39,272 bases of DNA, taken from contig CAZBQV010000001.1 of the NCBI GenBank assembly GCA_964494235.1, positions 1 through 39,272 on the forward strand. Reading direction: 5' to 3'. The translations under genes were made by a program, and so were the position numbers. The notes under the pieces were generated by a model. That model had not been told where the DNA came from, made no database searches, and saw nothing but the letters and a program-made list of their open reading frames with translations. The DNA is from an uncultured Candidatus Saccharibacteria bacterium. GTDB taxonomy: Bacteria; Patescibacteriota; Minisyncoccia; Phycocordibacterales; UBA918. Of the stretch, positions 15,570 through 24,253 are shown in pieces. The first letter of the stretch is position 1, and each line of letters starts with the position of its first letter.

Positions 15570-17798
15570 TTACGCTTCGATTTCTATATTTCCAGTTTGA
15601 ATTGCTTCAATAAACTGCTCGCCTTGCGCCTTAAAACTTGGAATATCTTCTATCGCCTCGCGAAGTGTCCGAATAGCTGCTGCCGCATCACCCGCCTGAT
15701 ATTCAGAGGCTGCTTTTGAAACCCGCAATTGAGGGTCATTCGGATTCTTTTGGATACGCTTCCCTAAGAGCTCAGCCACCTTTGCATATTCACTGAGTTC
15801 GTAATACACCTGAACAATTGCGTCATGATTCCAATAGATTTCATCGTACGGAGCCGCTGAGAGTTCTTGGAGAAGCTTTTCATCTCCCGTATAAATGGCC
15901 GCCGCCATGTAGTATGCCCGCGCATCTCTATACGCCGGATCAAGGTCAAATGCTTCTTTAAAGATCGCGCGTGCTTTCTCGTAATCTTCTTGTGCAAGGT
16001 ATACTGACCCGATATCAAACATGATTCGCTGCTTCTTTGGAGACAGCGTCTGAGCCTGCTCAAGTTGCTCAAGTGCTTTTTCATGTTGACCGAGTGTTCG
16101 ATAGAACGTGCCAAAAAATGTGTACGTACGCGCAACATTTGGTTCTTCAACTATCTGTTTTGCAAGTTCCATTTCAGCGAGATCTGCAAATGATTGTTTT
16201 GTCTCAACTGAAACCTGAGCATCAGACAAGATGCGCTGCATACTGAGAGCGAGGTGCTCGCGTATTTCTTGATTTGCAAACGAGTTTCTATCAAGCGCTT
16301 GCTTAAACTCCGCAAGACCGCTTCTAAGGAATACTTCTCTTTGCTGAGGACTTATTGTCGGATTATCTTTTGCTGTGTTGATAAAGGAAAGTCCCTGGAT
16401 CATGTCCTTCGCCGCTGCTATATGAGGAATATTGAGGTAGTACACGCCGACACAGAGGATAACTGCTGCTACAGGCGCAGCGATACGATTGATCATCATT
16501 CCATCTATACGAATCCGCGACAGCGCGGGGATCGGACTCCCCACTCGCGTATGTATGAATACGAGCATCGTCCCAAAGAAGAAGTAGCTGATGAGATTAT
16601 CAAACACAAATATATTGTGGATCGCATAACCTGCAAGCAGACCGAGCAAGATTCCGCGCTCCAGTACAGAAAACGTCTCATCTTTTTTAAGGAGTGGGCG
16701 GACAAAGAGATAGTAGAGTGCCGCAAGCCAAATCGAAAGATATGCAGCAAGGCCGAGTACACCGCCGGCAACCATCCAGTCGAGAATAATATTATGCACG
16801 CGATCAAACCACGGCTCCTGCGCGTAGAGCGACGGGCGGTAATATTTGTTGAATACATAGTCGAAATTCCCCTGTCCCCATCCGAGAATCGGTCGCTCCG
16901 CAACACCTTCCAGCGCAATACTCCAGATAGTGAAGCGTGTCGCACCAGCCTCAAGTGAAATCGAAGCAACGCGACTCAAGATCGGGCTCTCACGCACAAA
17001 CGCTGTATCGCGAGCCATGTAAAATGCTGCGCTGATTGCCACAACAAGCACGAGTCCCAGGAGCGCAGCTTTGCGTAACAATACGTTTCCCTTTGAAAAA
17101 AGGGCGATGTAGAGCCCGGTGACTGCAAGACCACCAACCAGACCGAGGATGGTACCACGTGTCGCAGTCTGCACAAGGAGGAACATAAAGACGAGCGCAA
17201 GTCCGCCGTAGAGGATACGGAGCTGCATGATGTTCGTACGCGTCATCATGAAGAGCGCGATGAATGCATGAAAGAGCATATACACCGCCATATAGATCGC
17301 ATTACCGAGCGTCGCGTCAATACGTAAGCCTCCCTGCATAATATCGACACGGCCCAAGAGCTGAAATCCCGCGTAGAGCGAAACAACAGAGGCAGCTGCG
17401 AGCGATGCATTGAAAAACCAGTCCCAAAGCTTTTCTGTCGTCAAAACCGCAGCCGCCACAACAAAATACGCGAGGAGATGTACGAGCGTAATCCACCCTT
17501 CCATGCGTTCGAAGTTACTCCAGAAGCTCCGCACTGGTGATTCACCAAAGACATTTGCAACAAGCATGATACTCACAAAACCGCCGAACGCCGCGAGTAT
17601 CCATGAGAATTGTGGACGATATCGCGCATCATAGAGCGCGAGCAGTACCCACGCTGCGAAGATGATTTCAACAATGATTCTGAATGCAAAATTCTTTCCC
17701 GTGATGTATGGAAAGAACAAGCTTCCGGTCACCAATAAAGGTAAAAATGGAAGGATAAACACTCCACCCAACACCACGTATCGTAATGTGTCTCGCAT
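15570..17798 (-). CDS. Polytopic O-antigen-ligase/polymerase-like (Wzy_C) membrane protein fused to a C-terminal TPR domain
   Basis: 742 aa. About 450 aa of multi-TM sequence includes LLVQTATRGTILGLVGG. About 250 aa of TPR-like repeats follows (ARTYTFFGTFYRTLGQHEKALEQLEQAQTLSP..., YEKARAIFKEAFDLDPAY...). Confidence 0.8.
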   Translation of the reverse strand: MRDTLRYVVLGGVFILPFLPLLVTGSLFFPYITGKNFAFRIIVEIIFAAWVLLALYDARYRPQFSWILAAFGGFVSIMLVANVFGESPVRSFWSNFERMEGWITLVHLLAYFVVAAAVLTTEKLWDWFFNASLAAASVVSLYAGFQLLGRVDIMQGGLRIDATLGNAIYMAVYMLFHAFIALFMMTRTNIMQLRILYGGLALVFMFLLVQTATRGTILGLVGGLAVTGLYIALFSKGNVLLRKAALLGLVLVVAISAAFYMARDTAFVRESPILSRVASISLEAGATRFTIWSIALEGVAERPILGWGQGNFDYVFNKYYRPSLYAQEPWFDRVHNIILDWMVAGGVLGLAAYLSIWLAALYYLFVRPLLKKDETFSVLERGILLGLLAGYAIHNIFVFDNLISYFFFGTMLVFIHTRVGSPIPALSRIRIDGMMINRIAAPVAAVILCVGVYYLNIPHIAAAKDMIQGLSFINTAKDNPTISPQQREVFLRSGLAEFKQALDRNSFANQEIREHLALSMQRILSDAQVSVETKQSFADLAEMELAKQIVEEPNVARTYTFFGTFYRTLGQHEKALEQLEQAQTLSPKKQRIMFDIGSVYLAQEDYEKARAIFKEAFDLDPAYRDARAYYMAAAIYTGDEKLLQELSAAPYDEIYWNHDAIVQVYYELSEYAKVAELLGKRIQKNPNDPQLRVSKAASEYQAGDAAAAIRTLREAIEDIPSFKAQGEQFIEAIQTGNIEIEA

Positions 17799-17867
17799 AA
17801 TGCCAAAACTATAGCACGGAGCGCGACGCCCCGAAAAACGCCCCTTGTCCTGGTATACTACGCCTAT
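17799..17867. promoter_or_regulatory. 69-bp divergent promoter region with back-to-back extended -10 elements
   Basis: Minus strand: TGCTATAGT (hexamer at 17808-17813), 9 nt before the ATG at 17798. Plus strand: TGGTATACT (hexamer at 17854-17859), 8 nt before the ATG at 17868. Neither side has a Shine-Dalgarno. Confidence 0.45.
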
Positions 17868-18533
17868 ATGAACACCCCTACGAATGACCTCTTTGCACGC
17901 GTAAGGAAGTCTCGCGTATTCTCCAACATCATTGACGCCTTCTCACTCGATAATAAGAGCGTGCTCGACATCGGGTGCTCTGAAGGCCACCACCTCGCGT
18001 GCTTCGGCGCAGGAAGCATTGGCATTACCATAATCCCCGCACATGTCGAAGAAGGAAAAAAACGGGGTCTTACTATTCTCGAAAAAAATGTAGAGGATGA
18101 GCGCTTCGAGCTCGCTGAAACATTCAATGCAATTTGGGCCAATAATATTTTTGAGCACCTCAATCAACCACACCCTTTCCTTATGAAAATGCGAAACGTA
18201 CTCAAAGACGACGGCATACTCATCCTTGGTGTACCGGTCATTCCTTTTTTCTCATTTCTCACCTATTTTAAGAAATTTCGAGGAGCATACGCAGTCTCCC
18301 ATGTAAACTTCTTTACACGAAAAACACTTATTGAAACCGTGCGAGCAGCTGGATGGCACGTGCATGAAGCGCGACTCTTTTATATGAGGAACGCCTTTCT
18401 CGACTCATTCTTTAATCTCATCGCGCCCCACATCTACGTCGTGGCGAGCGCGCAGCCAGATTTCAAATACGCGCGCAAACGCCTCCGATCACTTGAGGGC
18501 TATGGCAAAAGCACGCAGCAACCTTTGCAATAA
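17868..18533 (+). CDS. Class I SAM-dependent methyltransferase
   Basis: 221 aa. Motif I VLDIGCSEGHH. Also AIWANNIFEHL and LKDDGILILGVP. Confidence 0.85.
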   Translation: MNTPTNDLFARVRKSRVFSNIIDAFSLDNKSVLDIGCSEGHHLACFGAGSIGITIIPAHVEEGKKRGLTILEKNVEDERFELAETFNAIWANNIFEHLNQPHPFLMKMRNVLKDDGILILGVPVIPFFSFLTYFKKFRGAYAVSHVNFFTRKTLIETVRAAGWHVHEARLFYMRNAFLDSFFNLIAPHIYVVASAQPDFKYARKRLRSLEGYGKSTQQPLQ

Positions 18534-18559
18534 CTATGTAGTTATATAGGCAATCGCCC

Positions 18560-19816
18560 ATGCTACAACGACTCAAACATCACGCCGCCCGCGGCCTTCG
18601 CTGGAGCGAACAGTACACCAAGACCGACATGATCTACCTTACCAAGGGCGGCTTTTGGCTTGCATTTGGTCACGGCATACAAGTCGCGAGCGGCCTCATT
18701 CTCGCGGTCGCTTTTGCAAACCTTCTCCCTAAAGAATCATATGGAACCTACCAGTTCATCATGTCGGTTGCAGCGGTCATGAGCGCACTCACACTTTCTG
18801 GCATGAGCACGGCGATCAAACGTGCTGTCGCAAACGGAAACGAGGGCGCGCTTCCATACGGATTCAGAACACAGCTTGTATGGAGTACAAGCATTGTCTT
18901 CATTGGTGGCGCGCTTGCTCTGTACTACTTCGTAAATGGAAATAATACGCTCGCAATCTCATTTCTCATTGTCGGCGCACTCTCTCCATTTGTGGAAGGC
19001 TTCAGTCTCTATAAGGCATACCTCATCGGTTCAAAGCGGTTCAAGGAAAGTGCATTCCTCGGCTTTTGGCGCCGCCCTATATTTATCATAACTCTACTCA
19101 TCACCCTTCTCTTTACCGATGATCCTGCCATTCTGGTAAGCGTATATTTCGTATCGAGTGTCATTTCAGCAGGCCTCCTCTATCTTCTCGTCGTACAAAA
19201 ATATAAGCTACGCGAAACACAAGACACAGAACTCACGTCATACAGCAAACATCTAAGTATTATCGGATTATTCGCAACGCTCGGGAATAATTTCGACAAA
19301 ATACTAATGTTCCATTATTTGGGAGCTGCAGCGGTCGCAACGTACATGCTCGCACTCCTCCCCTTCACGCATTTATATAAGTCATTCGGACTTATTAGTG
19401 ATCTTGTGTTTCCAAAATTTGCAAAACAAGAATTCGGAATCTTAAAGGATACATTGTTTCGAAAAGTAGCAATCTTCTTCCTTGCAGCCTGTGTTACCAC
19501 ATCACTGTACCTCATAGTCGCACCATATGTTTTCCCTATCTTATTCCCAGCCTATCCTGAAGCGATTCTTCTCTCACAAGTCGCAGTACTTGCCCTCCTC
19601 ACAAAGCCAAATACCCTGTATGGACAAGTATTTGCGGCACACGGTGAGAAATATATACAACATTTTATCCAAATAAGTACTACTGTTGTAAAAATTCTGT
19701 CACTCATAATACTCCTTCCTATTTTCGGTATATGGGGCGCAATTTATGCTCTCCTCATCGCGCACGTATATTGGAGCGTTGTCGTCATGTTGCTTTTCTA
19801 TATGCACAAAGAATAA
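18560..19816 (+). CDS. Oligosaccharide/polysaccharide flippase (Wzx-like, MOP/PST superfamily)
   Basis: 418 aa with about 12 predicted TM helices. PST-type N-terminus (FANLLPKESYGTYQFIMSVAAVMSALTLSGMSTAIKRAVA). Confidence 0.8.
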   Translation: MLQRLKHHAARGLRWSEQYTKTDMIYLTKGGFWLAFGHGIQVASGLILAVAFANLLPKESYGTYQFIMSVAAVMSALTLSGMSTAIKRAVANGNEGALPYGFRTQLVWSTSIVFIGGALALYYFVNGNNTLAISFLIVGALSPFVEGFSLYKAYLIGSKRFKESAFLGFWRRPIFIITLLITLLFTDDPAILVSVYFVSSVISAGLLYLLVVQKYKLRETQDTELTSYSKHLSIIGLFATLGNNFDKILMFHYLGAAAVATYMLALLPFTHLYKSFGLISDLVFPKFAKQEFGILKDTLFRKVAIFFLAACVTTSLYLIVAPYVFPILFPAYPEAILLSQVAVLALLTKPNTLYGQVFAAHGEKYIQHFIQISTTVVKILSLIILLPIFGIWGAIYALLIAHVYWSVVVMLLFYMHKE

Positions 19817-19821
19817 AAAGA

Positions 19822-19847
19822 GGGCCGACATCGGATGATGCCGGCCC
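19822..19847 (-). terminator. Hairpin terminator between the convergent flippase and kdsC-like genes
   Basis: gggccgacatc / ggat / gatgccggccc, 10 bp with one mismatch. On the minus strand it is followed by TCTTTTTATTC. Confidence 0.5.
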
Positions 19848-19869
19848 AAACCTTCGACTGTGTGCATAT

Positions 19870-20529
19870 TTATGCAGGAACGTCGCGCCACAAACCGCGA
19901 ATCTTGAGGAATGCACTGAAGATCTCATAGAGAACTCCTTCGCCTCCCTTGGCAGCTGTGACACAACACGAAGCAGCAATCGCTTCTTCACACGAGTCAG
20001 CGGGTGCAATAGCGATACCACCCGCTTCGCGCACAGCACTGAGTGTCTCAGCGTCCTGAATGCCGTCGCCGACAAACAGAATCTCTCCGAGTGCACACCG
20101 AGCCGTCTGCTTTATCCTCGTGAGCTTATCCTTTTCCCCAAGGATGGGTACGGCGCCGAGCGCGAGCGCTCGGTCGTGTACAACGGGAGAATTTCTCCCG
20201 CTGATAAAATACACGGAGAGACCATTTTCCCTCAGGTATTCCACCACCTTCCCATCGCGAGTATCGAATCCATACCCTTCAGCGATAGGCCTTCCAACCT
20301 TCGCCGAGAAAAGTTCGACCCTATTCACGACAGGATTCCCCAGTGCGTCGAGTGGCACCAACGGAGTCCGCAGAAATCCGTCATGCCGCTCGAAACCGAT
20401 AACGCCGCCGCCCGCTCCCAGAAGCTCAAAAATGACAACGGGTTTTTGATGGGTCATAACGCCGTCGACATCGAGCCATACTTCCTTGATATTGGAAGCT
20501 CGCTCGAGCAGAAGTTCATGCAGATTCAT
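19870..20529 (-). CDS. kdsC: HAD-IIIA phosphatase, KdsC/YrbI family, with a ~45-aa insertion
   Basis: 219 aa. Contains LDVDGVMT, FDTRDG, YFISGRNSPVV, GEKDK, FVGDGIQD and TAAKGGEGVLYEIF. ATGA start/stop overlap with the upstream kdsB-like gene. Confidence 0.7.
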   Translation of the reverse strand: MNLHELLLERASNIKEVWLDVDGVMTHQKPVVIFELLGAGGGVIGFERHDGFLRTPLVPLDALGNPVVNRVELFSAKVGRPIAEGYGFDTRDGKVVEYLRENGLSVYFISGRNSPVVHDRALALGAVPILGEKDKLTRIKQTARCALGEILFVGDGIQDAETLSAVREAGGIAIAPADSCEEAIAASCCVTAAKGGEGVLYEIFSAFLKIRGLWRDVPA

Positions 20530-21302
20530 GTCAGCTCCCCTTTCTCAATTCGCTCCGCGACGATCACACGCACCTGCTCAAGCTCCTCTGGGGTGTTTAC
20601 CCCAAGATTTTGATAGGTGCCTTTTACGATACGCATCCGATATCCATGCTCGAGTATTCGCATCTGTTCAACACCTTCCCGCAGCTCCAATGGCCCCTGC
20701 GGAAGCGTTAAAAACATATACAAAAAATCTCGACGGAGTGCCATCGCACCGGTGATGTGATACACATCAACAGCTGCGTGCGAGTTATACGGATGCGGGA
20801 CAAACGCTCTGGAAAAGCATAGTACATTGTTTTTAAGATCGGTCAAAACCTTCACGAGACTCGGTTCAGCAATCATCTTTTCATCCTCGATTAAATCCCC
20901 AACTCCCGCGACTTGCAGATCGGGATCTTCGAGCAAAAGCTCAACACACGCATCAATTGCAGTTGCCGAGTAGAGCGGCTCATCTCCCCAAACATTTACC
21001 ACGATGTCAGGGACGAAATCAGAAAACTGCTTGACTGCTGCCGCTGTTCGATCAGTCCCCGTCGGCAATTCAGACGGTGTCATAATCGCACGGACACCAA
21101 GATTTGTTGCAATCTCTGCAATACGTTCAGAATCAGTAGCCACGACAAGCGCATCGAGATTTTTTGCGCGCTGTGTTCGTTCAATAGTTCTCTGTATCAG
21201 AGGTTTCCCACAAATATCCAAAATCATTTTCTCTGGCACGCGCGTCGAGCCAATTCGAGCAGGAATAACGCCGAGCACCTTTGGTTTTCTAGATGTAGAC
21301 AT
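20526..21302 (-). CDS. kdsB: KdsB-family cytidylyltransferase (CMP-Kdo synthetase-like)
   Basis: 258 aa. Contains GVIPARIGSTRVPEKMILDICGKPLIQRTIER, VVATDSERIAEIA, TGTDRTAAAV and VVNVWGDEPL. Confidence 0.8.
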   Translation of the reverse strand: MSTSRKPKVLGVIPARIGSTRVPEKMILDICGKPLIQRTIERTQRAKNLDALVVATDSERIAEIATNLGVRAIMTPSELPTGTDRTAAAVKQFSDFVPDIVVNVWGDEPLYSATAIDACVELLLEDPDLQVAGVGDLIEDEKMIAEPSLVKVLTDLKNNVLCFSRAFVPHPYNSHAAVDVYHITGAMALRRDFLYMFLTLPQGPLELREGVEQMRILEHGYRMRIVKGTYQNLGVNTPEELEQVRVIVAERIEKGELT

Positions 21303-21342
21303 AGACCCGCAGCGTAATATTTTGAAAAGTGTACATTAAACC

Positions 21343-22116
21343 TCATTGCCTGTACACCGAGCGAAACGCGCACGTATCATTTCCATGCCGGAACAATGTA
21401 TACCCCTTTGACTCCAGCAACCCTTCACACGCACGCCGCTCCTCGTCTGACTGAAACTTGCTTTCATAGTTAATTATTTTTGGAGAAAATCGTCCAAAAT
21501 CAAACATTTTCAGGATCTCAAAATCATATCCTTCGCAATCGAGGAAAAGAAAATCAATCTTTTGGACGTCATACGACCGTACAAAGGATTTGAGTGTGAG
21601 TGTATCAACGACAATCTCGTCCGTATAGTCCGCAAGATTTGGCGAAACATTCTCTATAATACGACCAATTCTCTTTGTGAGCGTCTTATCAAATACGTCC
21701 TTGTTAAACGAAGCAATTGCTGTTACTTCGAAAAAATTCGCCTCTGTTATAAAAGTGTCCTTAACTTTATAGAAAGATTTTCTTCCATCCTCGTTTGAAA
21801 TTGCGACATTTGCGAAGGTTACAGAATCTACGCCTTTGTAATTATCTTTTAATCTCTCAAAAATATCGACTTGAGGCTCAACGAGTATGCCGCGAAGATT
21901 ATGCCGAGTCACATAGGGATACAGTATGTCCCTTGTCTTGCCATCATTTGCGCCGATCTGGACGAAAAAGAAATCATCCGGATTAACATTTGAAAAGAAC
22001 ATATCGAAGAAGTGTCTCGGTTCCAACTGCTTCTGTTTCTGAGGATTATTGTCAGGAACAGCTCGATTCAGCTGGTATCCAAAATATGCAAAGATTTTTT
22101 TAAGGAGGGCTTTCAT
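21343..22116 (-). CDS. FkbM-family methyltransferase
   Basis: 257 aa. Contains FFVQIGANDGKTRD and IDFLFLDCEGYDFEIL. Confidence 0.8.
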   Translation of the reverse strand: MKALLKKIFAYFGYQLNRAVPDNNPQKQKQLEPRHFFDMFFSNVNPDDFFFVQIGANDGKTRDILYPYVTRHNLRGILVEPQVDIFERLKDNYKGVDSVTFANVAISNEDGRKSFYKVKDTFITEANFFEVTAIASFNKDVFDKTLTKRIGRIIENVSPNLADYTDEIVVDTLTLKSFVRSYDVQKIDFLFLDCEGYDFEILKMFDFGRFSPKIINYESKFQSDEERRACEGLLESKGYTLFRHGNDTCAFRSVYRQ

Positions 22117-22124
22117 GAATCTAT

Positions 22125-24248
22125 TTAGGTCATGTTTTTAAACTGACGGTAATCAATGCTGCTGACGGCGTCAGCCTGCTCCCGATACGCAAGTATCTTA
22201 TCGACAAGTGCGCGGCTCGAAAGATCCATTAACCCCTTCGTGTGTTCTATTGATGCGGCAAGATGGGATGTTAGGAATACATTCGGTAATGTTCGCAGCG
22301 TATCATCCTTCGAAAGCGGTTCGCTATCAAATACATCGATACAGGCAAAAATATCCCCTCTCTTAAGCCGTTTAATAAGCGCTTCTGTATCGACGAGTCC
22401 TGCCCGACCAGAGTTTATAAACACAGTCCCCGAACGAAGAGCTCCAATTTCCTGAGCTCCAAACGATCGCTCAGTACGCGGCGAAAGACCTCGCTGTATC
22501 GATACAACGTCGCATCGCAGTACTTCATCAAGAGTACTTGATACGACGCCGAGCGTCTGCGCAGTCTCGGTATCCATATACTCTGAGTGTACATATACCG
22601 TGCAGCCAAACGCTCGAAAAAGCGGGATAGTCTTTTTGGTAATTTCTCCAAAACCAAGTATCCCGACTGATCGACCAGCAAGCATTCGAGCAGTAGCCCT
22701 ATTTGGTCGAGAAACTGGAGCGATGATCGGTCGTATGGACGAAATATACGGTTTCAGGAATCTGAGAAGAGAATTTTTGGCAAAAGAACGTATCTTCTCT
22801 CTTACCATATCTTGAAATCGCGGCACCGAAAATTCCCAACCACCTTTCCGAAGCACCTCGTGTGACACACTTGCGCGCCGTAAACCAACGAGCGCTTGCA
22901 TGACAATAAACTCAGCAACAGCGTCAGCATACACATCAGCAGTATTGATAATCGCCAAGCCTCGGTCAATCGCTGCTTCACCGCCCCACTTCTTGATGGA
23001 CGCCCCTAATACACCGAGAATGGCCACCCCTGGTAGCAAATCGAGTAGCTCGTGGTCAAGTGGAATTGCGCTCGGCCCACCTGTCAAAACTGCGCCAATT
23101 GTACGTCGCTCAGTTTCAGACATCTTTTCTAGATCTTCGCGATATACAATACGGACATGTTCCCCAAGACGAGGAAGCTCTGCATGAAGAGCACGCGGAT
23201 TGAGTACGAGCACGGATGAAAAGCGACCCTCAACAATCTGTTGACGTATAGGAATCTCTGAATCAATCTGCCCCACTGGATTTTTTGTTTCAATTGACGA
23301 CCAATCGATGGTGCCCATGTGCCCGCGCTCAATAAGTTCAACAAGGTGCAGTGCGGATATTGTTCTATCAAGTGAGTGCAGTGGTTCGTCACCTTCATGT
23401 ATTGCATTCAGAAAAGCAGCGAATTCAGCGTAAATGCCACCAGTGACGTCGTCGTCAGTTTTTACTTCATCTTTATCCTCAGCATCTCGGCTTATATGAA
23501 GCGACTGTCCCTCTACAGCGTACGAGACCCCATATCCATGAAACGCATATCGTTCCAGACGAGAGCCGGCAGAGTTATTTGCAGAAAATACAGCATGCCG
23601 ATCGCCCCATACTATCAGTGCGGAAAAATTCTCGCGCGGATCATTTGATGTTCCATTGTAAGCAGTATAGAGCGCTGTTGGGCGTTCACCCATAATAAAA
23701 CAAAGGGTATCAAGTGCATGAATTGCACTGACGCCGAGCCACGTCTCCATGCCAAAGGGGACTAACGTACCTGCGTTTGGTTTATTGAAGATCGCCTCAG
23801 CTGATTGTATTGAAGATTCACGAAGATTCTTCTTTATTTCCAGGATATGTTTTTGAAATCTTCGATTATATCCTGCCGCCGCAATACGTCCCTGATGTTT
23901 TGCAAGAGCTGAAAGCTCCTTTACCTGCTCCGTATTCTTTGCGGGCGGCTTTTCGACAAATAGATGTTTGCCCGAACGCAGTGTATTGAGACCCTCTCGA
24001 TAATGAACATCTGCAGGAGCAAAAATGCATACTGCATCAATATCAGTACGCCCAATCAAGTCTTCGGCACGATGGGTCACATACGGAATGTCAAATGTAG
24101 ACGCTGCAGCGTGAGCCGCATCGATATTGATATCGCAAATTCCTATAATGATGCACTGTCCCTCTTCTCGAAGACGGGCAAGCGCAGGAAGATGACGCTT
24201 CACTGTCATTTTTCCCGCACCAATTATGCCAATTCTTACAGAATTCAT
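22125..24248 (-). CDS. Two-domain oxidoreductase fusion: N-terminal Gfo/Idh/MocA and C-terminal D-isomer-specific 2-hydroxyacid dehydrogenase
   Basis: 707 aa. N-terminal part: VRIGIIGAGKMTVKRHLPAL...HLFVEKPPA...AAGYNRRF. C-terminal part: GRSVGILGFGEITKKTIPLFRAFGCTVYVHS...VFINSGRAGLVDTEALIKRLKRGDIFACIDVFDSEP...LTSHLA. Confidence 0.8.
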   Translation of the reverse strand: MNSVRIGIIGAGKMTVKRHLPALARLREEGQCIIIGICDINIDAAHAAASTFDIPYVTHRAEDLIGRTDIDAVCIFAPADVHYREGLNTLRSGKHLFVEKPPAKNTEQVKELSALAKHQGRIAAAGYNRRFQKHILEIKKNLRESSIQSAEAIFNKPNAGTLVPFGMETWLGVSAIHALDTLCFIMGERPTALYTAYNGTSNDPRENFSALIVWGDRHAVFSANNSAGSRLERYAFHGYGVSYAVEGQSLHISRDAEDKDEVKTDDDVTGGIYAEFAAFLNAIHEGDEPLHSLDRTISALHLVELIERGHMGTIDWSSIETKNPVGQIDSEIPIRQQIVEGRFSSVLVLNPRALHAELPRLGEHVRIVYREDLEKMSETERRTIGAVLTGGPSAIPLDHELLDLLPGVAILGVLGASIKKWGGEAAIDRGLAIINTADVYADAVAEFIVMQALVGLRRASVSHEVLRKGGWEFSVPRFQDMVREKIRSFAKNSLLRFLKPYISSIRPIIAPVSRPNRATARMLAGRSVGILGFGEITKKTIPLFRAFGCTVYVHSEYMDTETAQTLGVVSSTLDEVLRCDVVSIQRGLSPRTERSFGAQEIGALRSGTVFINSGRAGLVDTEALIKRLKRGDIFACIDVFDSEPLSKDDTLRTLPNVFLTSHLAASIEHTKGLMDLSSRALVDKILAYREQADAVSSIDYRQFKNMT

Positions 24249-24253
24249 ATTCC

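Noticed and set aside
19870-21302. Taking kdsB/kdsC as evidence for LPS and a diderm envelope.
   Set aside because: The window holds no kdsA, kdsD, waaA or lpx genes. The genes are embedded in a phosphonate/glycan operon. KdsB- and KdsC-family enzymes also serve capsule and other ulosonic-acid pathways. I kept this as an open question rather than a claim.
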